Shown here: positions 45,321-57,531 of the stretch, in pieces | How the letters are laid out: each line of letters begins with the position of its first letter | How positions within the stretch are numbered: the first letter of the stretch is position 1 | DNA from: Takakia lepidozioides | Lineage: Eukaryota > Plantae > Bryophyta | Direction: 5' to 3' | Length of the DNA: 64,000 nt | Assembly: GCA_030704615.1 (NCBI GenBank) | Contig: CM060734.1 | Location: 8,804,001-8,868,000 of the forward strand | Position numbers and translations under genes: made by a program | The notes under the pieces: model-generated | What the model saw: the letters and a program-made list of their open reading frames with translations, nothing else | Databases searched by the model: none | Told to the model about the DNA's origin: nothing

Positions 45321-46808
45321 ATCCTTATCAATGTGACTAGCTGTGGACGCGCAGTGGAGTTCCGCGAGCTAGAGTGAGCTAGCTCGTTTGCTGCGGGTGA
45401 CTATAGTAGAGAGGGGACAATGGTGCTTTTGGATACTGCCTGTACTCTTCTGGGTACTACCAAGTTTGGAAAGAGACATACGTAGAGAAAAGCCAACAGT
45501 TGGGAGCTATGAAAAAAAGGGAGATGGGCAGTGTGCTGATAGTAGAGAGGGCGGGTTGAGACAAAATTGCTTAGGTGGTGGGGGGGAGGAAGTGGCTGGC
45601 TTGGGGGGTGCGCAGCCTATATGTGGGGGCAGTATGGCAGCAGTGTGAGGTAGCCTGACGGCAGGGTCGTCTTGGTGTAGTAATTAGAGCCGTTAGCCTT
45701 TTGTGCCTGGGTGGCGGCTGAGAGGTGCTGGAGTAAGGAGAGGTATTAAGAAGTGTAAGCGCATGACAAGGTGGTGGCATGCCTTTGTCAGTAAACAGCT
45801 CTTTACTGTGTATTGTGGGTGAGGTTGGGAGTCGGCGTTGATTTGGTTAGTGGGAGGTAGTGATTACTGGGGGGCGGGGTAATTAATCCAGCTTGAAGAG
45901 TTGTGTATTAAGAGGTTGCAATTTTGGTAGTCTGCAGTCTGGTATATAATTAAGTGTTGTTTGGTGGTTACTATTGGGTGCAGGCAGGGGTAGGGAGCTA
46001 TAAATGGAGTTGAGTGGGCGGGGCCCAGTGATCTTTGTTTAGACAGTGGGAATGCTGTGCAAGCAGCGTGGGATGGAGTAGAATTGGTGGCAGGTTATGT
46101 TTCTATGTGTTGTATAGGTGTGGGCTTGGGCATATGTGTAGGCATCTGATTAGTGCATGTGGCAGTGTTAAGTAGGAGTAGAATTGATTGGGTCTTGGGT
46201 TTGGTGGTGCGGGATTGGGTTGTGGGAATGGGCTGGTGAGATAAGAGTAATCACTTCAGGGTCTTGGCATGGCATATGGGTCAAATCTGGGCAGGGGGGG
46301 TGGGGTGACACGGATGATGGGAGGGGGCAGGGGGGTAGGGATGAATGGTGAGGCAACGAGGGCACGTGTGAGTGGTGTGTAGGCATATGATATGTAATTG
46401 CTATAGAGATGGAATTCGGAATGGGTAGAAGGGCTCTGTGGGATGACAGGGCAGGGTGCCGCAAGAGTTCGTGGTGAGAAGATGTGGTGCCAGATCTGGT
46501 GTGACGAGTGGATATATGCAGAACATATGTGCGTAATTATTTTAATGGACATATGCGGGGTATATGTAACTGACATCTGAGTGGAATATAGAGGACCATT
46601 GTGTGAGAGAGCCCCATGGGGGAGTGTGCGTGTGCTGTGCGGTAAGTGTTGTATGGATAGCCTACAAGCAGGAAGTAAGGGTTAGAACGAGATGCAGTGT
46701 AGAGTGAGATCATATTGTATGTGCTAAGAGGGGTAACAGGCATTGTGGCAAGATTGTAAAGAGGGAGTAGACTCTTAGGGTGGTGGCTATCATGAATTGG
46801 CAGCCAGA

Positions 46809-46854
<46 letters not shown>

Positions 46855-49299
46855 AGACTTGGAAGAGGGGCTGCTCAAAAGGGGTCTAGCAGAGTCTAGG
46901 CAGACAAGATTAAGGTTAGTTGGCTTGTGGGTAGCTGGGTGGGTGTTGGGTTGGACAGATAGTTGCTGAAGGGAAGCTGGAAAGCATGGTAGGAAGAAGG
47001 GGACCTGAGGTTGGGGCAGCAGATGGGCAGGGGGGGTGAGAAGAGACAGGCCATGGCACTCACCTGTGGGGGGGGGGGGGGGGGGGGATGGGTGGAATGG
47101 GTAAGGGAGGTTACTGGCTGAGTACATAGAGTGAAGGAACCGGGGATTGAGTTGAGGCCATAGAGGATGCCAATGGCAGTGTTTTGGGGTAGTGGGGTAA
47201 GGTGGAATAGTATAATGCTTTGGCAGCAGGAGAGGGTGAGATAGCTGGGGCATCTTTGGTCTCCTGGGTATGAATACGAGGCAGTACTAATTGGATGTGA
47301 CAGGGTTGAGCAGGTGGTGATAGTGGGCAAGCCTGGGAGAGAGAATTGTTAGAGTAGGCAAGTGAATCAGGGGAAGAGAGAGATCTTCCCTTAAGCCAAA
47401 GGGCTCACTAAGTTGTAAAAAATGAAGAAGAGGAACATATGTGGGACATATGTAATGTGTGGAGTGGAGATTTGGTACGCATCCTGTAAAAGAGAGAGGG
47501 GAGTTAGAACATGGGGCATACAGTGAGGGCACTGTAAGGCCTATTATGGGAATATGCAAAGTGAGGCAACATGAAATTGGGAAGAGAGTAAAAGGCACAT
47601 ACTGGAGAAAAGCCAGCGGAATATAAATTGGGGAACCAAGTGTGGTGAGCAGGAGCAGGCCATAGATCAGAGGCAGAGTTGTGGGGCCAGGTGACAGGAA
47701 GGGAGGGATCAGGCACATTGGCAGGAGAGGGAGAGGAGAGATAGGCTGGTATTGGTAGGTTGTTTTATGATGCCGGGTATTGTAAAGAGTAAGTAGGGGG
47801 GGGGGGGACTGATGGGAGCACCAGGCTGGTGGGGATGGATGGCTCGGCAGAGGGCAAGAACAGGGCTGAGATGGGGGATGGCTAGTACTCAGAAGCTGGA
47901 CAGGGGGAAGTGAACTGGGTATTGGGGCGAATTGAGGGAGAGGTGTAGTATAAAGGAGATCGGGGAGGTGCTAGAGTGGCTGTATAATCAAGCAGGGCGG
48001 GGCAGTGCAATTGTGGGAGGGAGAGAGTATAGGAAATGTGGCAATTGAGGGACTTATTTAATAGAATACTGTGGTCGTGGGTGCAGTTTGCAGAGTCGGC
48101 GGGCAAGAGCAGAGAGGCCGTATGTGTAACAAGGTGCCAATAGGGAAGCAACGCTGGTATCGAGAGCTTAGGCAGGCTGAGAAGGTTCAGTGTGCAGCAG
48201 TAGGGTGTGAAATAGGTGGTGTGGGGATCTGCAGTGGGAGTGGGGTGGGTTATGGTAGGGCAGAAGGTCTTGGACAATGGCTGGGACCTATATAGGGGGG
48301 GTTTTTGAGCAAAGGATTTGAGGTGTTGGGCGGATTTTGAGGGTGAGTCAGGCAAATAGGATCGAGCGCTTGAGTACTGAGTAGAGTCTTTTAGTGGTGA
48401 TATGTGTGGGCACTGTAGGGCATGAATTGAAGAGAACGCAAAGTGTGGAAACGATTGTAATAAAGGAAGGAGAGGTATAAATTATGAGTGAGGGATAAGT
48501 ATGCTTCCTGATGGGGAGTAGACATTGAGTTGCTGGTTGCTAGAGCCGGCGGATTGGCTGGGACTTTGGGGACCAAATGATGAGGCTTGCCTTCATGCCA
48601 CAAGATAGGCAGCTGCCCTCCCCGTGGGCATATTGTAGTACATAAGATTCGCCAGGTCGGAGACGCCATTGCTTGAAAGTTGTGCACCGTACGGGAATGC
48701 TCGGTTTGTGCACCGGATCGGGGGTGGGGAAGAATCCGTCCGCCCAAAGTAGAGTGGAGCGCCGCTGTAGACATAACTGTAGAGTAACCATTCCATAGCT
48801 GATAGAGAGGAGGTGGGTGGTAGACCTTCCAACGCCAAAAAGGGGAACTTGAAAACGCCAGAGTAAGAATCGAGAAAGTAATCATAACATGGATAAGCGT
48901 ATACACCGTCATGTGGCCTTCGAAGCTGCTGGTGTAGTGAGCTTTGAGTTGACAGGTGGAACGATTATCCTGGATGCGGCGGGCCCGGCGAGAGAGGAGG
49001 TACCAAGCGGTCGCAGAACATATTCGCCCATAGATCGCTAAAAAGATTAGGCTGTAGGGCAGAGCTAAGGGCCGCTGGACAAGCTATGGCGGGAGACGGT
49101 GCTAAATACCTAGCTAGGGGTAAGTTAGTGGATCCGCTGCAAAGAGAGGTAACGCCCTTGAGGAAAGTAGGAAAATGGTGAAACCCTATGGATTTAGTCA
49201 TGACTAAGCTATTTAGCAGAGACTGGCGGCGGGAAGGCGGGCTCCGCCTTCCCCCAGGAGCTGGTCTATTTGTTGAAAAAAATAAAAAAATAAAAAAAT

Positions 49300-50829
49300 G
49301 GAGAGTAAATATATATTTGGGTCACTCTCACTTAGCTCTACTGGCAGAATAGGCACAGTGCTATTTACCTCCAATTCCTCAGATTCTTGGGCTGCCCCCA
49401 AAGGGTATCTGCTCAAAGCGTCGACGTTAGAGTGCTTGGAACCAGCCCTTATATGAACTATCTTGAGATCAAAGTCTTGTAACATCATAATCCATCTTCC
49501 CCTTCTACCATAGGCATCACTCACCGTGGTCAACCACTCAAGTGGTTTGTGGTCGGTTCTGATAATGAAATGGGTGCCATATAGGTACTGCCGAAAATGA
49601 ATGACACCCCACACTAGGGCATAGCATTCACCCTCCATGGGGTGATATTTCTTCTGGGCCTCAAACAATGCCTTATTGGCATATGCAATTACTTGCTCCC
49701 TTCGCTGAATCTTTTAAGAAAGAATGGCCCCAACACCCTTCCAAGACCAGTCCACATCAAGAATAAAAGGTTTTGAAAAATCTGGACGAGCAAGCTCTGG
49801 GGCAATCAACAAGCGCAATCTCAATGACTGAAAAGCATTCTGAGCATCAGCATTCCACTTAAAGACAACATCCTTCTTGGTGAGGTGGAAGAGAGGTACA
49901 CAAATGATGGAAAAACCCTCAACATATATTCTGTAGTACCCAGAGATCCCCACGAATACCCTCACACCAGTAGCATTCTTAGGCATAGGATAGTGCTGGA
50001 TAACAACAATTTTGTTTGGGTCAGGCTTGACCCCTTCTGCAGACACACTGTGTCCAAGAAATACCAGTTCTTTACTCCCAAAGCTGCATTTATCTGGATT
50101 CAATTTTAAGTTAGCACCCTCAAGCCTTTCCAACACCTTTTCCAGGTGCTGAAGGTGCAACTCGCAAGACTCACTATGAACATTGACATCATCAACAAAC
50201 ACTTTTGCACACTCCTTAATCTCAATAGCCAGAATGGTGTTCATAGCTCTCTAAAAAGTGGCAGTGGCATTCTTCAAACCAAAAGGCATCACCAACCATT
50301 CATACAAACCTCTCTTGGTGATTGCGGCGGTTTTCTTGACGATACGTATGTCTGTCTCTTGCATAAGTGCATCAAGATGAAAGGCCTTGAATTTGCCAGA
50401 AACCACTTTGTAGATCCAAAGCTGAGAACCACTCAGCCTTGCCTAATTGGTTCAACACATCTTGAATTTAAGGCATGGGGTAAGAGTCTCGCTTGGTTAG
50501 ACTGTTGACCGGCCTATAGTCCCCACAAAATCGCCTTGCTCAAGCCATCCTTCTTTGGAGGCATGGTGATAGGACATGAGAATTCAGATTTACTCTCACG
50601 CATCTTACCCAAGGCAATCAGTGATTCTATCTGCTTCTGCACCTCAATCTCTTCCCACTCTGAAAGTTTGCTAGGATAACTTTTGCAAGGAGGAAAGCCT
50701 TACATATTGATTACATGTTCTACAACAGAGCAGAACCCCAGGTCAGCCTTAGATAGGGCAAAACAATGTTTTTTTTTTTTTTTTTTTTTCTGAGTAGCTT
50801 CTCCAGCCCTGCCCTTTGCTCAGATGACA
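49300..50829 (-). mobile_element. Gypsy RT-RNase H fragment
   Basis: [63 protein letters not shown]. Confidence 0.93.
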
Positions 50830-53800
50830 GGAGGTTAGCTATTTCATGAGCATGAGCGGCATGAGCGGAGTAGTAAGACAATCGGTTTTCATGAGCAGAA
50901 GTCCAAAATTTGGAATTAAAAAGTATTAAACAAATATTTTTAATGGAATGTGTCAAAAATAATGATATAATATTCATTATGTGAAACTGAAAATGAAGTT
51001 TTGAGAGCCGTGCTCATGAAATTTTCCCTGCGCTCATGGTAAATGCAGTCGAGATCTGGAAAAATGGCACCGAATTGCACGGTAATAAGTTCCGGAACCC
51101 TGGAAAATGATAACGCATTTCGCGGTAATAGTGTCTCCCCGGAAAAATGGTTCAGAATTGCGTGGCAATAGGTCCTGCCCATTCAAGTAGTTTGGCCCTG
51201 TTTTGACATTGAATTGCGAGTGGACAACACCTGGTTGGCCGACCTCAATAGTCGGACTTTGTAAACTATAGTCTATAAGGGGTGCATAACAAATTGCACA
51301 ATGGATTTCCAGAAGACCATTATGTGTTTGAATGAGACATTACTTTTATTTTGCAGGTCTAATTCCAGGAGTATTGTTGTGGATTTCATTAGACTGCAAA
51401 ACAAAGTCTACTGGATAAAAATGCAATTGAAAATATCCAAATGATGGATTCCCTTTGCCCCATCAATGATTTCCGGAATCCTTGCCGAGGAGTTTGTGCA
51501 GCTCGTTCGGGTCGGATGGCAATGGCCGGCTCAGCTGCTCGCGACGACGAATACACCATTACAATCTCCTCTCAGCCGACCTACAATTGTGCGGACTTTT
51601 TGTTGATGGAATCAAAGAAGGGGCCGTATTATCCGTGCAAGCATCTATATTACGTTTATCTAAAGAGGCTGAAGTGTAACTTGACTATTGATGACTACAT
51701 TCATGTACCATCCTTTGGGGTCAGATGAAAGCATCGCGAGAGGGGAGAAAGCCAGGTGGTAGCCGAACATCATCCCCCAAGATAAATTCGGCGCCGTATT
51801 TCCATCCACCGGGAAAAAAAAAAAAATCCATCTTGGGGGATGACGTTCGGCTACCACCTGGCTTTTCCCCCCCATCGCTTGGCTTTTATCCGACCCCTGG
51901 AAGGAAATCCGGCGCCAAATTTCCATCCAGCGGGGAAGACAAGATAATTTTTTTATTTAAAAATAAAAAAATAAAAAAATCTCGCGCCGAATTTTCATCC
52001 TATGGGATACCACATGCCTTTCTCTCCCTCGAGATGCTTTCATCCAATCCCCCAAAAAGGAAATTCAGCACCGACTTTCCATCCAGCGGGGAAGACAAGA
52101 GGAGCAAAAAAAAAAAAAAAACCTAAGTTAACGCGGGAGGCTGCCCAGGAAGCACAACACCTCATTCAGGAAGAGATGAAGTTGAGACTTGGTGCCGAAC
52201 CGAAACATATATAGCTGCAGGCCGCCCATACGATGGCATTGGGCAGAATAATGTCGGAAGATGGCTCCAATAGAGTTCCTCTCGATGAGAATGAAATGAA
52301 CGCATTGCTGGAATCGGTGTCCCACGTCTGTTCCCCCAATGTCAGAAATCACATTGTCTCCTGCAAAGAGAAAATTGGGCGAGGCTCGGATATGTAGTCC
52401 ATTCTGGAAGTCAAGCGAGGATGTGGATATGACTTCATTCATGGAAGTCAGTTTCCAGGACAAGAGAGTGAGGCAGACCACTGTTTTATATTCAAAATGT
52501 CAACGTGTGGTCCTGGCAGCGGCAAAGAGTTGGGTCATGTTCGACCATATCAAGCATATTACAAATCACGAGTGGGTGACAATGGGTGCACATGTCTACG
52601 ACCCCCACTGCAGAATGCTAATGACCATTGCTATTTGTGAGATGAAAGGGGATGACACACAATCAAAGATGCACCTTTGGCAGGGAATAAACGAATAGAT
52701 GGCCAGGGCAAAATTGCCCCCGCCGAATTTCCGTGGACAACACACAAGCAAACTGGGGTGCAGTCCCAAAGGATGTACGGGGAAGACCCGAATGTTCCAA
52801 TGGAAGAAAATGAGAGATCTTGTGGGTTCCATTTTCTATAGAACTTATCGTAGTATACAACCAAACTCGTGGCGCCAGCTTTCAGAGATGACCACCGTTC
52901 CATGTGTCTTGCATGGAAGAATGCTCCCACTTTGGATGATGCAGAGACCGAGTTTACATGTATACGGGCTGGTGGACAACTTCAGGTGTTGTAAATAAAG
53001 AAGATAAGGGAGCAATGGTCAGTTGGCTTGCTTGGTGCCATTATCGTTTTGGACAGTTCGGCGAGTATATGCGGCAGGTGAGTTGAACGATCCTCACTGC
53101 CACAACAGAGGACATTGTGAGGTCAATCATGTAGCAATCCAGGTACAACGAGTTCTTAAAAGAGAAACAGTGGGGCTTGGGGCCGGACAGACAAGAAATG
53201 TTGATGCGGAGTGCTTCCAGATCCAAGAATCCTCGTAAGTGGGCATCGGCTTTGCGAGAGAACCTTCGTGACATGCCATTGCTTCGAAGAGGTTTGCATG
53301 GAAGGAGATGTTCACACCCGTCCAGTGAGACGATGAATTGACGACCAACTTGGCGGAAAAGAAAATTCTTGGTGAGCTGACAAGAATATTCGCATGCTCC
53401 ATCGAGGTCCCGTAATGTTGCCGGGGGACTTCTCGTCTAGCACCGCAAGCCCTGCACGTTCAAGATCGCCATTGAGTACATGACACGTGCCCGAGGAACA
53501 TTCCGAGCCATCTGTGGTCACGTAGTACAACATACCCATTGTCAAGACAAAAATGTCGGAATCACAGTGGAGAATTGCCAAGAGAGAGAGAGAGAAGACT
53601 CCGGCCAAAGCCGATGTAACTAAGAGCCACTTTGCCTCACGGCTACTGCCCCTTTTCGGGGGTGGGCCAATTGCCAGGACAATGCCTGCATTTCGAGGGA
53701 AGTGCTGCGTCATCCGGGTGGATACCAGACAACGCTCCGGTGAGATGATTAGGAGGAACCCACAATGTGTTGTACCTGCACCTTGTTTCAACGGCAGATT

Positions 53801-53895
53801 TCTGATTGCTAGATTTGCTGCAACCACAACGCAGGTGTTTTGGTTCTATAGGCACGACATAATGACTTGTGTATTTGACAAGCCCAAGTACGGGA
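50830..53895. mobile_element. MULE-like copy E, scrambled: terminus and 3' end in minus orientation (50830-51508), SWIM on plus (51509-51720), palindromes (51780-52090), transposase core on plus (52128-53895)
   Basis: Homology to copy D segments in both orientations; PTYNCADF...PCKHLYYVY; WVMFDHIKH. Confidence 0.85.
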
Positions 53896-56799
53896 AAATG
53901 ATTTTTTTAAGGATTTTGTAGTTTTCCATTTGTCAGGGGCCTCAAATGAGAGAAAAATTGGAACATACCCTCTTCCCCATAGAGGAGAAATCCTAAAAGC
54001 TCCTTGTCAGCTCTTCGGGAGAAAATTTGTGGATGTGAATGAAGGCGCTGGAGTCAGCTATCGAAGTGGAAAGAGGGCTCGAGAAGTTTGGTAAGACACT
54101 CTGGAATCGTGGGAGGGTGACAATTATGAAGCTGCGATGATTGTTGACAATGTCGACCACAAACATGCTGCAGTAAACGTTGAGAAGAGAGATTACGTGC
54201 AAAGGGAACTGCATGCAAGTGAATCATTTGGAAGCTAAATTACACTGCTCAAGGGTGTCCAAATATGCAACGTCTGCCAGGAAGGGCACATGTCTGCACA
54301 CTGTCCAATGACTACGACTCAGAACTGAAGTGACAGATGCCACCGGCTGGGAAATAGCACGGGGAAATGTGAGACAAGCTGTTCATTTTGCAAAGTTAAC
54401 ATTGGACTTGGAGGTGAAATGCAGAAAGACGGAGCTTGGAAATATAGGAGAACTTTGGAATAATTTCAAAGAAAGTGTTTAGTGACATCACAGATGAGGT
54501 TCATACAGAGATATCAACATCAATCCACCCTAACGTGGTCCACGAGTACGTGAAATTGCTGAGAGCGAGAATCCCTACAACTACTGTCTCCACGAACACC
54601 AACATCTACATGCGGTGTATGCGATGTGTGTGTGCCTTGGTGGGGGCAGAAGATTAGAGACTTTGATATGAAGAGGCGTTCTAGGCAGATCTGTGTGCAT
54701 GAGTAGAGTGTTTTCCTGTGTGTGATTTGCTTAGGATACTAATCCTCTTCCATAGAATCCAATGAAGCATTCTACCAGAACTACTTTTCCCCATAAACTC
54801 TACCAAAAGACTAGTGAGTACTAGAATCAGGGTGTGAGGCGAGCAAGAAGCTTTACACCTTCTGCAGCAGCATTGGACATGTAGGAGTCCATAAAGCACG
54901 ATCAAGAGCTACAGGAGTAAACAACCTGCTCTCTAAATAAGGACCCCTAAGTACTCCATATTGCAGTCACAGGTTAAACTGTTATCATCATTCGGGTAGA
55001 CTAAAACTTCTGACTTCACTGTAAACAGTAGCCAAATAAAAGGGAACATATCCAAGGCACAAATAGAAGCTCTTTGCAAGAAGGAAGTGACAACAGATGA
55101 AAAGTACAAAAACCAACAAATACATATGACTGCAGCCTTGCATCTTGCAGCATCAATCACAGAGTAGGAAACATTTCCACCTCGTCAACATCCATAAGCA
55201 CTAAACATCGTAATCTCTGATTGGTCCAGTAGGCACGCACAACTACATCATTACCTGGCATGCTCACAAGGCCATCTCCAAATTGATTAGATTTTGGTGT
55301 GCAGATCCACCCTTTGACATCCAGTACAGGAGGTGGAGACCCAACAAGATAGCAGTTTAGAACCATGCCCACACTACCATGCCCAGTCTAAATTGCAGCT
55401 ACTCCATCCTGCCTTTTCAGCAAGTCAGTGGTCTCTTCAAACTTTACGCCAACCCAGAACCAACACTACATTGCAGAACACCTAGGGACCAAGGAGGGGG
55501 AAATGTGCTTGGGTATCGAAGTAGTAGTTTACAGCTCAAATCATTTGCACAATTCCTTCTGCTGGAGAACTACATTTGTCCCTGTAACAGCCATCAAAAG
55601 AACCCATCTCCTGATTTCATCATTGCAACATCAAATCTCTACTGAACAACAATAAAATCCTGGCACAAAGTCATTTCCTCTGCTCCTCATAGGTTTGAAC
55701 TTAAGCAGTGCTGTCTTGGTCTAACAAGGAATTTATTAAACTTCGACTGCATACAAAACTACATGGTAGCGTCCTCGGGTCCAACTAGCGATCAGCAATC
55801 CCCCCTCTCCACCAGACAATGATTCTGTAAGAGTATTTTCCGCAAGTATAGGTTCGCAGAATTTGTAGTCACATACCCACCTTTGTTTCTAATCAATGAT
55901 TCCACGATGTGTGGTAACGGAGTGAGTGCAACGCTTCAAACAAGCACTACTGGTGGTGAAAGGGACCTACATCAGCTCTTCAAATGCAACACTCAACAGT
56001 AATCTGCATGTGTCCTGGGAAAACTGTGCTGAAAGCATTTTCAAACTGCCACCAAGCAGCAGTCTGTTAACGAGAAAAATGAGAGAAACGAGAGATATGA
56101 CGTTCATTTATGAGTAGTAACTGCGTGTCCACACTGCGAGTAAGGCCACCCCTACAGGCCAAGTCTCTACAACACAACTGCCCTCCTGAGCTGCACATAA
56201 AGACATAAATATGCTGATGAAGGTGCAACACCTACCGGAATGTGGATTCCATCTGGAGGCCCTTAAGGCACCCCCGCGACTCCAAGAGACAGAAATCGCA
56301 ATGAATATATGTGGACTACCTCCACAGCCCTCATTGGCACATTGTGCACAAAGGGTAAGGTGAAGGCTGGCACTTATATAACTGAATGGGGAAGATAGGA
56401 TCAGCTAGCTACAGGTATCTCGATCTAGCGTCACTAAAATGATGGCCACATACTTTACAGAAAGAGTAATTATCTTTGGTAAGCTGGCATTTTGGCTGCG
56501 GCAGGAGGTCACTGTGAGCCCCTGTCGTAATGTTCATTTATATGACGAATAACAGAAAGACGAAAGCCTATTTCTCTACCGTTATCTCCGCCTCTAGTGG
56601 CTATCCACTATGCATAGAAGAGTACTACTGAAACATATATAGTCTTTTTTTTTTTTTTTAAACTTACAAGGCCCTGGATCCTCCTTCCTGGCCAGCTGAC
56701 ATCGTGTGGGGCAGCAGTAATCCGAAGGCTTTTTTATTCGAGATTGTGGGTCCTTGCGCACATCCCAGTAAGTAAAAGGGCGGATGCAAGTCATATGTT

Positions 56800-57531
56800 T
56801 CAAAGCTTCTTGCCCAATGTGTGCTTGTTATTATGCATCCAGACCTTCAGAACGTGCCGCTTAACACCAACAGTTGCACAAAACTCTTGCACTGCTGCCT
56901 CGTCATGCTTTTGAATCTTCCACCCCAGTTTTTCGGCAAATGAGCACATTTTCTCCTTCTGCTCCGTGGAGAACTTTGTCCTGAACCTCTTCTTCATAGC
57001 GGAAGGTGAGCCGCTGAGGCCACCATCCTGGTCATCAGAGTCCGTAGGCCCAGTACTTAATGCCATCATTATGGGACCAGGCGAGCGGCCCACGATTTGA
57101 GTGCTCGGTGGCAGGGCCAGCGGTGTGTGACCCTGAGGCAGGCCCCCTTGTGAACTTCGTTTCTTCTCCTTGCGGGCATTATGACAATCACATGTTGGCT
57201 CTCCCTCCACCTCTCTCCTATGAAAGTTTCGGTGGCAGTCGCAGGCCGCGCATTTCAGGGCCTCCAATGTGCCTTCTCCTCCGCTGGGCATGAATTCACC
57301 ACAGCCATCAATGGCATGGCCCCCAATACTGGCTGCATGGTTTTTGTGGCACTCTCTATATCTTATAGCCTTCTTGGCTTTCACGTTCACAACTTCTAAG
57401 GGCCGGATTTCGTCCATTGGTGTGCCGTTCCCACTCGTCAGCATTTTAAGCTTGCCTGATTCATGGAGACCTGCATAGCTTGCAGCAATTGGCATGGGTG
57501 GTAGGTCCGTCTCGTGTGAGCTCAAATCCAT
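56800..57531 (-). CDS. ZHD: Zinc finger-homeodomain (ZF-HD) transcription factor, 243 aa, intronless CDS
   Basis: ZF-HD dimerisation domain RYRECHKNHAASIGGHAIDGCGEFM...CAACDCHRNFHRRE and homeodomain KKRFRTKF...VLKVWMHNNKH; first in-frame ATG at 57531. Confidence 0.96.
   Translation of the reverse strand: MDLSSHETDLPPMPIAASYAGLHESGKLKMLTSGNGTPMDEIRPLEVVNVKAKKAIRYRECHKNHAASIGGHAIDGCGEFMPSGGEGTLEALKCAACDCHRNFHRREVEGEPTCDCHNARKEKKRSSQGGLPQGHTPLALPPSTQIVGRSPGPIMMALSTGPTDSDDQDGGLSGSPSAMKKRFRTKFSTEQKEKMCSFAEKLGWKIQKHDEAAVQEFCATVGVKRHVLKVWMHNNKHTLGKKL

Noticed and set aside
45400-48400. Pro-rich minus-strand ORFs as extensin-like genes
   Set aside because: Explained by C-rich strand skew and homopolymer runs.
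53900-56500. Short ORFs downstream of ZF-HD
   Set aside because: No recognisable domain or exon chain.
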